Virus record (IMG/VR): IMGVR_UViG_3300050120_000309
Coordinates: 1 to 64,000 of that record
Reading direction: 5' to 3' (one strand)
DNA length: 64,000 nt
DNA from: a virus
Of the stretch, positions 19,749 to 29,410 are shown piece by piece. The notes under the pieces are model-generated. The model did no database searches. It worked only from the letters and a program-made list of their open reading frames with translations, and was not told the origin of the DNA. Both the position numbers and the translations under genes were made by a program. Numbering within the stretch: the first letter of the stretch is position 1; each line of letters starts with the position of its first letter.

Positions 19749-21260
19749 TTATCGAAGTTTGCGACCGATGAACCCGTAGCTGTCGAGCAGGGGAGTATCG
19801 CTATCGCCGTAGATTTGTTCGTTGCTGACAATGACGCATTTGGAGATGCGCCGAGTGACGGTACGACCTCCACCTTCAAGCTCAAGAACCAAGTCGAAGG
19901 GGACATTCTGGTACACGGCATTCGGTCCGACCTGAGTCGTAGCCGAAGCCAAGGTGGTGCGCTTGTACGTGGAAGCGAGAGTAGGATCCGCGGCGAGCAT
20001 GGCCTGGCGCTGCTTGGACACGGCGGCGATCTGGGCGATGACTGCCGGGTCGCTGGAATTCTGTGCTTGCAGTGTTTGCTGTGTGGACATCAGATTCGCA
20101 AAGGTCTGTTGCGACGTCGCATCCGTAGACGAAGTCGACTTCTTGTACTCATTGAGGACCGTGTAAAGGTAGCCCTCAGATATGAAGTTGAGCATGATCT
20201 GGCCCTGTACCAAAGTCTTGCCATTACCGAGCGCATCGAAAGCCTCCGAAGCGTATCCGTAGATGGGAACCTTGTTGCCTTGGAGGACGAATTGAACGCC
20301 TGCCAGTTCCTCGATGAAAAGGTTGCCGATGTACATCCGGGCCTGGGTGGCTGTGAAGTAACGGCCGAACCCGCCATTGGGATTGATAAACTCGTAATCG
20401 GGTACGTCGGCTGGAGTCGTGACACCCGTAACAGTGCTGCTCACTGCGGGTGCTGTCTGGCCGGCATTGGATACGGCCACAGTTCCCGGGCTTGAAGAGC
20501 TGGGAGCCGCGGCGCCATTCGGGGAAACTGTTTGTAGTCCGGCGCCTGATCCGGTGTCCGCAACAGGAACGGGGTTGAGCTGATAGTTCGAGGTGCCTGC
20601 GACAACGGTCAAAGAGGTGGTCGTGGACTGAGCACCAAAGGTCAGAGTGACAGAATAGTTACCTGGAGCGTACTGGGCAGAGGTGGTGTAGGTGCCATCG
20701 GGGCCGAGGGTTCCGTTCTCCGAGCCAATCACCAAGGTAGCTGCAGGTGGAGAAGACACCAGGGAAAGCGTCTGGCTGACCGTCGATGTGATCGCAGTCA
20801 GCTTGACGGCAGCGGGAGGGTCTGTAGCTTGGATGTTCGACCCATACTGCGCGAAGCCAGTAGCAGATATCTGGAGTTGGTTCAAACCTGCCGTCAGGTT
20901 GAGTAGGGGTGCGGCGCCGGTTACAGTTGTGGATCCGACGAGCTCGCCGTTGAGGAATACAGAGGCACCGAATACTGGGTTCGTGCCGTCGGTGACTACG
21001 ATCGTCGTCGAGAACGCCGGAGCTGAGGACTGTAGTGTAAAGGAGAGTGACCCTTGGTAGGTCGTGAGCACGATGTTCTGAGTCTGCGCACCGTATCCGG
21101 GGACAGTTACCGTAACGAGAACCGTTTGCCCTACATCCCCTGGGATATTGAGATTGATGATCCCCTGGCTAGTGGTCTGGGCGCTGGCCCCATTTGCCGT
21201 GACTGTGGCGTTCGGGATTCCCGTGTTGCTGCTGTCATTGACAACAATAGTGGTCAGCAT
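19749..21260 (-). CDS. Tail-tube-like (tube initiator) protein with N-terminal beta-sandwich repeats
   Basis: C-terminal YFTATQARMYIGNLFIEELAGVQFVLQGNKVPIYGY...GKTLVQGQIMLNF aligns by eye with the tube protein at 22333-23025; N-terminal Thr/Val-rich carboxypeptidase-regulatory/PEGA-like repeats. Confidence 0.6.
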   Translation of the reverse strand: MLTTIVVNDSSNTGIPNATVTANGASAQTTSQGIINLNIPGDVGQTVLVTVTVPGYGAQTQNIVLTTYQGSLSFTLQSSAPAFSTTIVVTDGTNPVFGASVFLNGELVGSTTVTGAAPLLNLTAGLNQLQISATGFAQYGSNIQATDPPAAVKLTAITSTVSQTLSLVSSPPAATLVIGSENGTLGPDGTYTTSAQYAPGNYSVTLTFGAQSTTTSLTVVAGTSNYQLNPVPVADTGSGAGLQTVSPNGAAAPSSSSPGTVAVSNAGQTAPAVSSTVTGVTTPADVPDYEFINPNGGFGRYFTATQARMYIGNLFIEELAGVQFVLQGNKVPIYGYASEAFDALGNGKTLVQGQIMLNFISEGYLYTVLNEYKKSTSSTDATSQQTFANLMSTQQTLQAQNSSDPAVIAQIAAVSKQRQAMLAADPTLASTYKRTTLASATTQVGPNAVYQNVPFDLVLELEGGGRTVTRRISKCVIVSNEQIYGDSDTPLLDSYGFIGRKLR

Positions 21261-22201
21261 TAGGAGGTCTTCCAGAGACTGGAGACGGACTTCTCAGTAG
21301 CAGAGGATCCGGTCTGTGTTGTAGTTGGCGAGAAGAGACTCGAGAAGTTCAGAGGGACTAGTGGGCTCAGGTCAGTGGCGAAGTAGGTGAGGACCTGTTC
21401 CAGCATGATGTCTGCGACACCGATGGTGCTTCCGTCCGTGATGAACTCGACGCCGTAGAGCGACTGTGTGCTGACATAGCCCTGCTCGTTGGTGAAGAGA
21501 AGCGTCAGCGTAAATGGAGGGAGCTGATCGAGCTTGGTGTAGACCGTGTCCTTTGACAGATCGGACATCAATCCAGACTGGAGGAACCGGTAGAGAACTT
21601 CGGTGGTGAACTTCGACAGGATAAGGGTCCCAGCAATGGTGCGCGAGCCGCGCGCTATGCCTTTGGGATTGATGTAGCCGAAGGGACGCACTTGCGTCTT
21701 GGCTCGATGAGTAGAGATCGTGATCGCGTTGGCTTCCATCAGCTGCTTGCCGAGGTAGCCTTTCACCTGACTCCCATTGAACTTGGGGGTCTGAGGGATC
21801 TCGATCAGGATGCGACACGATGATCCTGAGAACGCTGCTTCCCCATCGGTGTAGACCAGAGAGCCCGTGCCCGATGTGGGATCAAGCTGCGGATGAACGC
21901 GCGCATCAAGAGTAGTGGGATCGAACTGAAGGATCGCTCCCTGGCCGAGGTCCACTGATGAGGCCGGCGAGGGATTGACGGGATTGCCATTTGCATCCCT
22001 AACGATTGCCGGGTTCTGAATTCCAGCCAGTAGCGCCGAATCTAGGTTGAGACCGCCAGGTGCCTGGATGCTTGTGAGCGGATAGTTCGGACTCGACGGG
22101 GGTGCAAGCGGATCAAGCGGCGCTACCGGCGCGCCTCCGCTGATCAGGGAGAGGAAACTACCTGAAGTGAGTCCGCTAGTTGTGAGGGGAGTAAAGCTCA
22201 T
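21260..22201 (-). CDS. Tail-tube-like paralog
   Basis: FSGS...ITISTHRAKTQVRPFGYINPKGIARGSRTIAGTLI...DQLPPFTLTL parallels the tube protein (FAGA...VSYSVTREKAPIYTMGSPDPRAYARNKRGIAGSLV...DQILPFDISL); start set at the ATG of MSFTP. Confidence 0.7.
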   Translation of the reverse strand: MSFTPLTTSGLTSGSFLSLISGGAPVAPLDPLAPPSSPNYPLTSIQAPGGLNLDSALLAGIQNPAIVRDANGNPVNPSPASSVDLGQGAILQFDPTTLDARVHPQLDPTSGTGSLVYTDGEAAFSGSSCRILIEIPQTPKFNGSQVKGYLGKQLMEANAITISTHRAKTQVRPFGYINPKGIARGSRTIAGTLILSKFTTEVLYRFLQSGLMSDLSKDTVYTKLDQLPPFTLTLLFTNEQGYVSTQSLYGVEFITDGSTIGVADIMLEQVLTYFATDLSPLVPLNFSSLFSPTTTQTGSSATEKSVSSLWKTS

Positions 22202-22214
22202 GGATAGGCAATAC

Positions 22215-22269
22215 AAAAGGCAGCTTCAGCATGACTCGTGACAGTACACGTGCCAAAGCCAAAGCTGCC
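22215..22269 (-). terminator. Long hairpin plus U-tract downstream of tail tube gene
   Basis: Minus strand GGCAGCTT...AAGCTGCC followed by TTTTG. Confidence 0.55.
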
Positions 22270-22332
22270 AGTTGGTGATTACCGGTTTAGACCCCCGGCA
22301 GGGTAGCGCCCTTCGCAGGGCAGTGTTACAGG

Positions 22333-23025
22333 TTAGATCGTTGCGCCGAGGCCCGCAGCGCTGAACGGAGAGTCCATCGCCTGAAGGGGCTCAATCGAAC
22401 GTGCAACGAAGGTCGCCTGGGTCTCGGTCACGGTATCGTCGATCGACACGCCAGTTCCTTCATTGAGGATTTCCACACCGAAGATCTTCGCGCCGGCCAT
22501 TGCGCCGTACTCGTTGGCAGCTCCGAGAGAAATGTCGAACGGAAGGATCTGGTCGGAGTACCACGGCACTGCCAGCTCAGTCCACGAAGGACCGGTGACC
22601 GTGTTGTCGAGCGTGTTGATCGTCGAGCCAACTGTCGGACCGAGGTCACGAACGAGTGAGCTGTTGAAGATCGCCGCGCCGGACGTTACCGCGTCGGGGT
22701 TGGTGAACTGGGGGCGGATCTCATCCACGTCGGCCACGAACTTGCCGCGAGCCTGGTAGAAGAGGGCGAGCAGTGCATGGCGGTCGAAGTTGACCCAGAC
22801 CAGGCTGCCGGCAATACCACGCTTGTTACGGGCATAGGCGCGCGGGTCGGGAGAGCCCATCGTGTAGATCGGTGCCTTCTCACGCGTGACAGAGTAGCTT
22901 ACGCCCTGCAGCTCGGCGAAGAAGAACGGGCCGATGTTGCAACGGTAGTCTGCACCTGCAAACGAGTTGTAGGACTGAGTGATCGGGCTCTCAAGAGCGC
23001 CGCCAACGATTGGGAAACTGGACAC
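22333..23025 (-). CDS. Major tail tube protein
   Basis: 230 aa immediately downstream of the sheath; AGGAG SD; followed by a terminator-like hairpin. Confidence 0.8.
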   Translation of the reverse strand: MSSFPIVGGALESPITQSYNSFAGADYRCNIGPFFFAELQGVSYSVTREKAPIYTMGSPDPRAYARNKRGIAGSLVWVNFDRHALLALFYQARGKFVADVDEIRPQFTNPDAVTSGAAIFNSSLVRDLGPTVGSTINTLDNTVTGPSWTELAVPWYSDQILPFDISLGAANEYGAMAGAKIFGVEILNEGTGVSIDDTVTETQATFVARSIEPLQAMDSPFSAAGLGATI

Positions 23026-23125
23026 GATTGGTTCTCCTGGCCGGGTGGCTTAGGCTGAATTGGGGAGGGAAGGTGAAGAGGAGGGCCTCCGGCGGATGTT
23101 CTCGCCGGAGTCTGAAGCAGCGTGC

Positions 23126-25000
23126 TTACTGCCCGATCGCAACATTCGCTGTGAGCTGGATCAACTCATCTGCCGGGTGGCAGGTAATGTTCAGAGTGGC
23201 ATGGCCAATACGCTGCTGGGCGGGAGTGGACTTGATGTTCACTGAAGGCCGTGTGCAATAGCCTCGGGTCTGAAGGCCAACGAGATCCTGGGTGAGTTGG
23301 GTCTGCATGGAGATCAGGGTGAGACCGTCGAGAGAGGACTGACCGATGTAGTTGTTGGCACGGTTGAGCAGGGTCTGGATCACGACTCCCATACAACGAA
23401 CGCGCACCATGTTGGTGTAGTCGCTGAAGTTGGTCGCGGCCGTAAGATCATGCAGAAGCGCAGGATTCTGGTTGATGCCCTTCGAGCGAAGAACAGAGAT
23501 CTTCGCTTCGGTGAGTGCATCGAGCTGGGCCGGAAGCGGGTTCCAGACCTGGGCCATGCGAACCTGCTTGTTGGTCAGACCGGAGGCTGCATCGAGACCG
23601 GACAGGAAGCCTGCGACGATACCGGCGCCGTTGCCGACGTAGTTCGCAGCGTAAGCGGTGGTCAGGAAGCCGAAGTCGGCGAAGACATGGATGTAAGCGC
23701 CTGCGTCGTTCGGGTTGTTGTTGCCGTCGAACACGATCGGTCCGTCGTAGGCATCGTTCGTGGTGACGAAGAGGCCAGGCTTACGGAAGCCGGATGCGTG
23801 GTCGGTGGCCAGAGCATTGAGCTTGGTCGACGTGATACCCGTCAGGTATGGGATACCGAGCAGGCCGCCACCATCACGAACTGCGTTGCCAGCTACGTTG
23901 TAGACCGGCAGGAAGCCGACCCAACGACGGGTGTCGGTGAGGTTGACAGACGCCGGGAGGGAAGTGCCGATCACAGCAACTGCCTTCGGACCGATCTGGC
24001 TGATCTCAGCGCAGAAGGAGGCGATGGTGTGCGCGAAGTTGACCTCGAAGAAGCCAGCAGCTACACGCGCAGCAGCAGAAACAGCAGACATCGGGGTGAC
24101 AGTTACGCCGGCTGAGTTCTTGGTCGCTCCAGCCCACTGGTAGATGTTGTCGTTGTACTGGTCCTGGGTAACAAGCAGCCAGTCGAGAGCATCGCGGTTT
24201 GTGGCCGGGTTGTTCTTGACGGTCGTGGCGTCGCCAGTGACATAGAAGGCCACGTTCGGCGCATCGACGATCGCATCCGGAACGTAAACGATCTTGACCT
24301 GGATTCCCTGGAGAAGATCGAACGCCTGACGGAGAGCAATGTAGATCTCGCGCTTGCTGAGGGAGGTGCCATCGACAGGAGCTACGATGGTCGGAACCGT
24401 GGTGTGCAGACCAGCTGTCTCAGCTGCTGCTGCAGTGATGGTAACCGACCCAGTCAGGAGAGGAGTCTGACCTGTTCCGAGTGGGAGACCGACGTTTCCA
24501 GCAACAGCAATGGCGCCGCTCTCACCGCTTGCCGCGGAGATCGAGATGTCACCGGTGTCAACTCCAGCGTTGGCGACGTTCGAGAACTGAATCTCGCCGT
24601 CCTTCCATACATTGAGCACACCAGCTGCGTACCAGATCTGGTAACGGGCCGCTGCGTCTGCAGTCACATCCGAGAACGTGATGTCAAAGCCGGGGGTCGT
24701 TGCGCTCGTGGTCTGATCAGCACCTACACCCAAGAGCTGCATCGGCTTGGTACCGATACGGTAAGCAAGGACGTTGTCCGAGTTGGTGGCGACTTCAGCA
24801 GCCGCACGGAAGAGACTTCCTGCGAAGCCGAACTCTGCTGAGGTAACTCCAAGGTCAGAGACCTGGAACGGGGTGCTTACAACACCCTGACCGGCAGTAC
24901 CGAGCACAAGAACTGCATCGTCGCTTGGCTGGAATGCGGAGTTGAGACCGCCGTCGAGCGTGTTTACGATGGTGCCCGGAAGGTAATTGAATGGCTGCAT
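23126..25000 (-). CDS. Tail sheath protein
   Basis: N-terminal YLPGT...VLVLGTAGQG...EFG and C-terminal VRVRCM...NNYIGQ...ATLNITCHPADELIQLT typical of contractile sheaths. Confidence 0.85.
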   Translation of the reverse strand: MQPFNYLPGTIVNTLDGGLNSAFQPSDDAVLVLGTAGQGVVSTPFQVSDLGVTSAEFGFAGSLFRAAAEVATNSDNVLAYRIGTKPMQLLGVGADQTTSATTPGFDITFSDVTADAAARYQIWYAAGVLNVWKDGEIQFSNVANAGVDTGDISISAASGESGAIAVAGNVGLPLGTGQTPLLTGSVTITAAAAETAGLHTTVPTIVAPVDGTSLSKREIYIALRQAFDLLQGIQVKIVYVPDAIVDAPNVAFYVTGDATTVKNNPATNRDALDWLLVTQDQYNDNIYQWAGATKNSAGVTVTPMSAVSAAARVAAGFFEVNFAHTIASFCAEISQIGPKAVAVIGTSLPASVNLTDTRRWVGFLPVYNVAGNAVRDGGGLLGIPYLTGITSTKLNALATDHASGFRKPGLFVTTNDAYDGPIVFDGNNNPNDAGAYIHVFADFGFLTTAYAANYVGNGAGIVAGFLSGLDAASGLTNKQVRMAQVWNPLPAQLDALTEAKISVLRSKGINQNPALLHDLTAATNFSDYTNMVRVRCMGVVIQTLLNRANNYIGQSSLDGLTLISMQTQLTQDLVGLQTRGYCTRPSVNIKSTPAQQRIGHATLNITCHPADELIQLTANVAIGQ

Positions 25001-25030
25001 TGTGGAGAATCTCCCTCTCAGGGGTCCGGC

Positions 25031-25699
25031 TTAGGCCGTCTGAAGAACAGTGATTGGTTGTTGGTCTTGGCCAAGCTGGCCGACGACAGTCATCTGGTCG
25101 ATGAGCCGTTCGGAATAGGTGTCGAGGAAATGAACCTTGACCTGATAGGTCAACGTGCCGAAGTAAATCTCTTGCTCTTCGTGGGTTTCGAACCCGTCTT
25201 CACCGCGGCCAACAAACTGAAACTTGTCAGCTCCACGACCTTCGAAGAACTTGTACCGATTGGCATACTGCAGCATGAAGCGGTGAAACCAGGTCACCAA
25301 GCGGCTGCGAGTGGGGTTGGACTTTGACCAGATCGTGAACTCAACAGTGAGGAGCTCGTCGTACTGGTCTGTCTTGATGACATACCCGGTTTGGTTCGGA
25401 TCGGGCGCCTGAAAGGTGTAAGGCCTCCGAGAAACTGTCCCGTCGTTTCCTACCTGGGCTGGAACTGAACTTAGAACTCTGAAGGTGATGACATCGAACG
25501 CCTGATCGACCTTAGTCAAACGCGCCTTCGGAAAGGAGTGGACGTAAAGGGGATTGGCATTGTCGGGGATTTGCACCGACGCTACATAGAGGTTGAGGCC
25601 CTCTTTGACGATGTCGAAGAACTCATCTGGACTGACTGAAGGCAGCGACGAGCGCAGACGTGGGATCTGTCGGGCATTACGTGGATGTGCGCTGCCCAA
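25031..25699 (-). CDS. Tail completion / terminator-like protein
   Basis: Directly upstream of sheath; VEFTIWSKSNPTRSRLVTWF pattern. Confidence 0.5.
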   Translation of the reverse strand: MGSAHPRNARQIPRLRSSLPSVSPDEFFDIVKEGLNLYVASVQIPDNANPLYVHSFPKARLTKVDQAFDVITFRVLSSVPAQVGNDGTVSRRPYTFQAPDPNQTGYVIKTDQYDELLTVEFTIWSKSNPTRSRLVTWFHRFMLQYANRYKFFEGRGADKFQFVGRGEDGFETHEEQEIYFGTLTYQVKVHFLDTYSERLIDQMTVVGQLGQDQQPITVLQTA

Positions 25700-25722
25700 T
25701 AGAAAACCCCTATCGGGCCTGT

Positions 25723-25734
25723 CTAGTATAGGAA
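25723..25734 (-). promoter_or_regulatory. Putative late promoter TTCCTATACTAG (copy 2)
   Basis: Exact 12-mer, intergenic, upstream of the terminator-sheath-tube genes. Confidence 0.7.
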
Positions 25735-25754
25735 GATCTTGGACCTACACCGGA

Positions 25755-26360
25755 TTAGCTGACGTTCTCCTTGATGAGGCCAAGTTCGAAGTAGGCCACA
25801 GTGGCGTTGTCGCCGCGGATTGGTGTCGTCGACAGGATCTTCCACTTGGCGGATCGGATGGGCTGACCGGTCCCGTCAGTGGCCAAACTACCATCGCCAT
25901 TCACTTTCAACTGGTAGAGCTTGTCGGGAGTGAGCGCTTGGGGGAGGGTGTATCGCTCGTAGTTCAGATATACGTTCCACTCGACGTAGCCGGTGTACCT
26001 GTTTGGATCGGTGTCGCCGTAGGCAGCAAGAGGGTACTGACCAGATCCAAGGATGGCTGGCTTGTAGACCGGGGCCACACCGGCAAAGATGCCGGCTGTG
26101 ACGATGCGTTCGGTGAACTGGTATGACTCCCCCTGGCAGAAAGAGCAGTTGGACCGACGTGTTCCTCCACCATTGGGGTCCCAGCAAGCCGGGCAGGGTA
26201 CATCATTGAACTCGCGCAGGACAACATACTGTCCCTGGGGAGGCATATCGACTCCGCCGAAGAGGACCTTGTGCATTTCAACGCGCATATCGATCGTGGC
26301 CGAGAAGTCTACTCCGCCAGCGCCGGTCGTTGCGGTATCTGTTGTGCCCCAGTAATCCAT
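25755..26360 (-). CDS. Neck / head-closure-like protein with Zn-finger insert
   Basis: CPACWD...CSFCQG; position between head and tail genes. Confidence 0.55.
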   Translation of the reverse strand: MDYWGTTDTATTGAGGVDFSATIDMRVEMHKVLFGGVDMPPQGQYVVLREFNDVPCPACWDPNGGGTRRSNCSFCQGESYQFTERIVTAGIFAGVAPVYKPAILGSGQYPLAAYGDTDPNRYTGYVEWNVYLNYERYTLPQALTPDKLYQLKVNGDGSLATDGTGQPIRSAKWKILSTTPIRGDNATVAYFELGLIKENVS

Positions 26361-27125
26361 TTAGAACGCGCCATTCAGTGACATTGAGAAAGGTGAGGTG
26401 GCGAAGAGGGAAGATCCTGACTGCCAGACACCCGAGCGAAATCCCATCATCATGCCTGAGAACATCGGGCTCCCAAAGAAGTGGACTGCTTTGCCTCGGC
26501 CGCCGTTGCCACCGTGTCCGCCACCAGTAGAGCCGTTGGCTCCCATACCAGTGACGACCCAGTTGCGCCCGGGGGTACGTTCTCCCCAGTCCATGACACC
26601 CTTGCCGGCCATCGTCGCCTTGACATGCCCGCCGGGCGAAGCTTTGCCGCCGGAGCGGAGAGTGACTTCGTACAGCTTCATGCCATCCTTCAGATCCTTG
26701 AGCAGTTCGGGGGTTCCTTCGGATTCGAAGCCCTTCTGCTTGGTGATGCTGAAGTTGGCCAGGACGTGCGCCGCGGGCGCGCCGGCCCCGCCGCTGGTGA
26801 TATTCATGAGCAGGTCACGCGCTGCGGCATTCTGCACCCATTGATTCTGGGCTCCCTGGAAGCGGATCAGATTATCGCCGTGGATATGATCCTTCCGGAC
26901 GAGAAGGAGATCGCACTCCTGACTGGCGTTGTAGATCGAGGACGCGATGGTGATGTCCTGCAGCTTCCGAATGAGAGGTCCACCTGATAGCTTGACCTGA
27001 TTCACCGAAGCATAGAACGGATCGCACGCGCTCAGGATGTCGAAGGTCACAGGCTCCTGCAACGTCGGGCCGGAGACCAGGCGGATACCAGCGGGGATCG
27101 TGATATGCAGAACGAGATTGAGCAT
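26361..27125 (-). CDS. Head-tail adaptor-like protein
   Basis: PFYASVNQVK...HVLANFSITK; Gly-rich C-terminus; synteny. Confidence 0.45.
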   Translation of the reverse strand: MLNLVLHITIPAGIRLVSGPTLQEPVTFDILSACDPFYASVNQVKLSGGPLIRKLQDITIASSIYNASQECDLLLVRKDHIHGDNLIRFQGAQNQWVQNAAARDLLMNITSGGAGAPAAHVLANFSITKQKGFESEGTPELLKDLKDGMKLYEVTLRSGGKASPGGHVKATMAGKGVMDWGERTPGRNWVVTGMGANGSTGGGHGGNGGRGKAVHFFGSPMFSGMMMGFRSGVWQSGSSLFATSPFSMSLNGAF

Positions 27126-27733
27126 TAGACCTGGAGGTAAGCTTTGATGACGGTAACGGCGCCCGAACCATCACGGATAATCACGTGGTAGGTGCCGGAG
27201 ATGACAGTGAGAGCTCCCGTGATCCAGTTGCCCGATGTATCCAACTGGGTGGAGGCCACAGCATTGACTGTTGCCGTAGCCCCGGTCTGCCAGTCGCTCG
27301 AACGGTACACATAAAGTGTGTAGGTCTGAGGGTTGGGGACAGTTACTCGGAGAGCATTGGCTGTCGGGGTGTTTTGGGTAAGGACAATTGCAGTAGAGGC
27401 ACCAACCAGCTGTTGCTGAGTGACGATGTCCATGCTCTCGTGAGCATAGAAATACTTGTCAGGAATGGCCGGATCAGCGGCAGGATCGCCGGCAACGAAG
27501 TAGCTGATATCGATGTAGTCGTGACCGGATACCGACGGGAAATAGGATAGGGTGTACCGCCCGCCGCCGTGGCCCACATGTTCAACAAAGGTGAGTGGAT
27601 CCGTGCAGGCTATCCCATCCCGTGTGAAGTAGACACTGAGAAATGACTGAGCAATCCCCGTGACAGGGATACCGTCGACTAGAACGCGGAAGTCAAAGGA
27701 ACGGGTTCCACCCAGGATGAACATCGACGACAT
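27125..27733 (-). CDS. Virion structural protein (beta-sandwich)
   Basis: 202-aa beta-rich ORF, translationally coupled to neighbours. Confidence 0.5.
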   Translation of the reverse strand: MSSMFILGGTRSFDFRVLVDGIPVTGIAQSFLSVYFTRDGIACTDPLTFVEHVGHGGGRYTLSYFPSVSGHDYIDISYFVAGDPAADPAIPDKYFYAHESMDIVTQQQLVGASTAIVLTQNTPTANALRVTVPNPQTYTLYVYRSSDWQTGATATVNAVASTQLDTSGNWITGALTVISGTYHVIIRDGSGAVTVIKAYLQV

Positions 27734-27888
27734 TACAGCTCCTTGCGGGGAACGAGCTGTTCAACGAGGTGATCCATCTTGCGTCTCAACCGAAGGATGA
27801 TGAAGATTGCGACCACGCTCGTCACATTCGCCAAGATTGCAAGGGGGAGGGCAGCGTGCGCCCACACCTGATTGAAGTGGATCGTCAT
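27733..27888 (-). CDS. Small single-TM membrane protein (51 aa)
   Basis: Below ORF-track cutoff; read manually MTIHFNQVWAHAALPLAILANVTSVVAIFIILRLRRKMDHLVEQLVPRKEL; fills the gap with TAATG coupling. Confidence 0.6.
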   Translation of the reverse strand: MTIHFNQVWAHAALPLAILANVTSVVAIFIILRLRRKMDHLVEQLVPRKEL

Positions 27889-27891
27889 ATG

Positions 27892-28278
27892 TTAGTTCCC
27901 TGTGTGCTTGAGTTCCGTCAACCAAGCTTCGACACTCTTGAACCTCTGATCGAGTTCATTTCGAGGAACGAATGACGCGAGCAGGGGACCCCAGTTCTCG
28001 AGCATGGTGGCGATACGCGGCAGAGATTCCAACTTGGCGCTGATGCTGCCGAGGTCGGTCTTCATCTGCTTGAGATCCTGCTCATGAAGAGCAAGTTGAA
28101 TGCGAGTCGTCTCTTGAGCGGCTTCAATCTTGGCGATCGCGTCTACGCGCGCCTTGAACAGGGTTTCAAGGACGAGAAACCGACGGGAAAGAACCAATGC
28201 ATAACGAATCGCGTAGATCGTCATTGGGACAGAGATCGCCGTAATGTATTCGAATGCATTCTGTGGTGCGACGCTCAT
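27892..28278 (-). CDS. Membrane-anchored coiled-coil protein (possible lysis accessory)
   Basis: N-terminal hydrophobic stretch then heptad-rich region. Confidence 0.55.
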   Translation of the reverse strand: MSVAPQNAFEYITAISVPMTIYAIRYALVLSRRFLVLETLFKARVDAIAKIEAAQETTRIQLALHEQDLKQMKTDLGSISAKLESLPRIATMLENWGPLLASFVPRNELDQRFKSVEAWLTELKHTGN

Positions 28279-28349
28279 AATGGATCCCCGGAGATAAGTT
28301 GAGCGCGCTCGAAATGCACGTCACTGAAGCAGCAAGCCTCAATTACTGG

Positions 28350-28361
28350 CTAGTATAGGAA
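28350..28361 (-). promoter_or_regulatory. Putative late promoter TTCCTATACTAG (copy 3)
   Basis: Exact 12-mer, intergenic. Confidence 0.7.
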
Positions 28362-28367
28362 CCGAGC

Positions 28368-29015
28368 TTAGGCTGCCGGTGCTCGGTTGGTGGCGGTGCT
28401 GCTGTCGGTGAGTTGGAACTTGGCCACAAGCGTTCCCGCGGGAGACAGGATGGTCAAAGTCTGAGGATTCACGGTCTTATCGATGGTCCAGCTGCCCATT
28501 TGGTAGTCATGGAGGTCCTGAATGTTCTGGACCGCCGGGCTCAGGATCGATAGGCTGGCCGGATCGAAGGGAAGGTTGTCGGTCTTGATCTTGATCGCCT
28601 GGACCAGAATGGAGTTGTCCGGGGCAATAGTGGCCAGATCGGTGAAGTGCGCCACAGAGGAGTCCTTGGCTACGGTCGCGTCTTTCGCCACAGTCGAGTC
28701 CAGAGCCACAACACCAGTGACGCGGCTGTCGCCCAACCGAAGGGACTGAAGGAAGCGGCCGCTGATCGTGATTCCATCGGAGGCATACGATACCAGCGCC
28801 ACATAGTCACCGTCCTGCGCACCAGTTGTGTTCCATGGATATGCGTAAACAGCTTCACTGCCAGCGAGTAGGGTCATGGTCTGCGCGTTGACGATGATCG
28901 AGCTGTCGGAAAGACGAACGACACTGACCAGGGGAACAACAGTCACGGTAGGTGACGTGCCATCTGCCTTGGTGATCGAGAGAACGAGATGCTGGGTATC
29001 GCCGGCAAAGATCAT
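28368..29015 (-). CDS. Virion structural protein
   Basis: 215 aa; Ig-like N-terminus, short repeat STVAKD-ATVAKD-SSVA. Confidence 0.5.
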   Translation of the reverse strand: MIFAGDTQHLVLSITKADGTSPTVTVVPLVSVVRLSDSSIIVNAQTMTLLAGSEAVYAYPWNTTGAQDGDYVALVSYASDGITISGRFLQSLRLGDSRVTGVVALDSTVAKDATVAKDSSVAHFTDLATIAPDNSILVQAIKIKTDNLPFDPASLSILSPAVQNIQDLHDYQMGSWTIDKTVNPQTLTILSPAGTLVAKFQLTDSSTATNRAPAA

Positions 29016-29016
29016 G

Positions 29017-29385
29017 TTACTCAGTCGCCGGAGCTGCCGGCGGTGTATCGACTGGTGCTACAGGGGTAGAAGCTACGGCTGCTGTGCTCGTCAAGGGACT
29101 CTTAGTGAAGAGACCAATCAGGGACAGAGCTGCGCTATAGAGGAAGGTGTGGGAAAGACGTACTAGACCGGTGTGCGTGAAGAGCACGGCCTCATGATCG
29201 GCATTGACGATGACCTGGTACGCCTCGGCCGCGGCGCCGGTGACGGTGGCGACAATGAACGTCCGGCTATAGGTCTTCGCACGTGAGAAGTCCTTTACCA
29301 GAGCAGGCTTGTACCTGGCATAGAACTTCTTCGCAGCTGGTAGTGCCCTTGCTGTGATTTGAGGAGGGAGCTGTGGAAACTTCAT
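29017..29385 (-). CDS. Putative holin
   Basis: Two hydrophobic segments, ends KSPL plus a low-complexity tail; two genes downstream of the endolysin. Confidence 0.45.
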   Translation of the reverse strand: MKFPQLPPQITARALPAAKKFYARYKPALVKDFSRAKTYSRTFIVATVTGAAAEAYQVIVNADHEAVLFTHTGLVRLSHTFLYSAALSLIGLFTKSPLTSTAAVASTPVAPVDTPPAAPATE

Positions 29386-29410
29386 GGCTATTGACCACCT
29401 ATCTTTCTCA

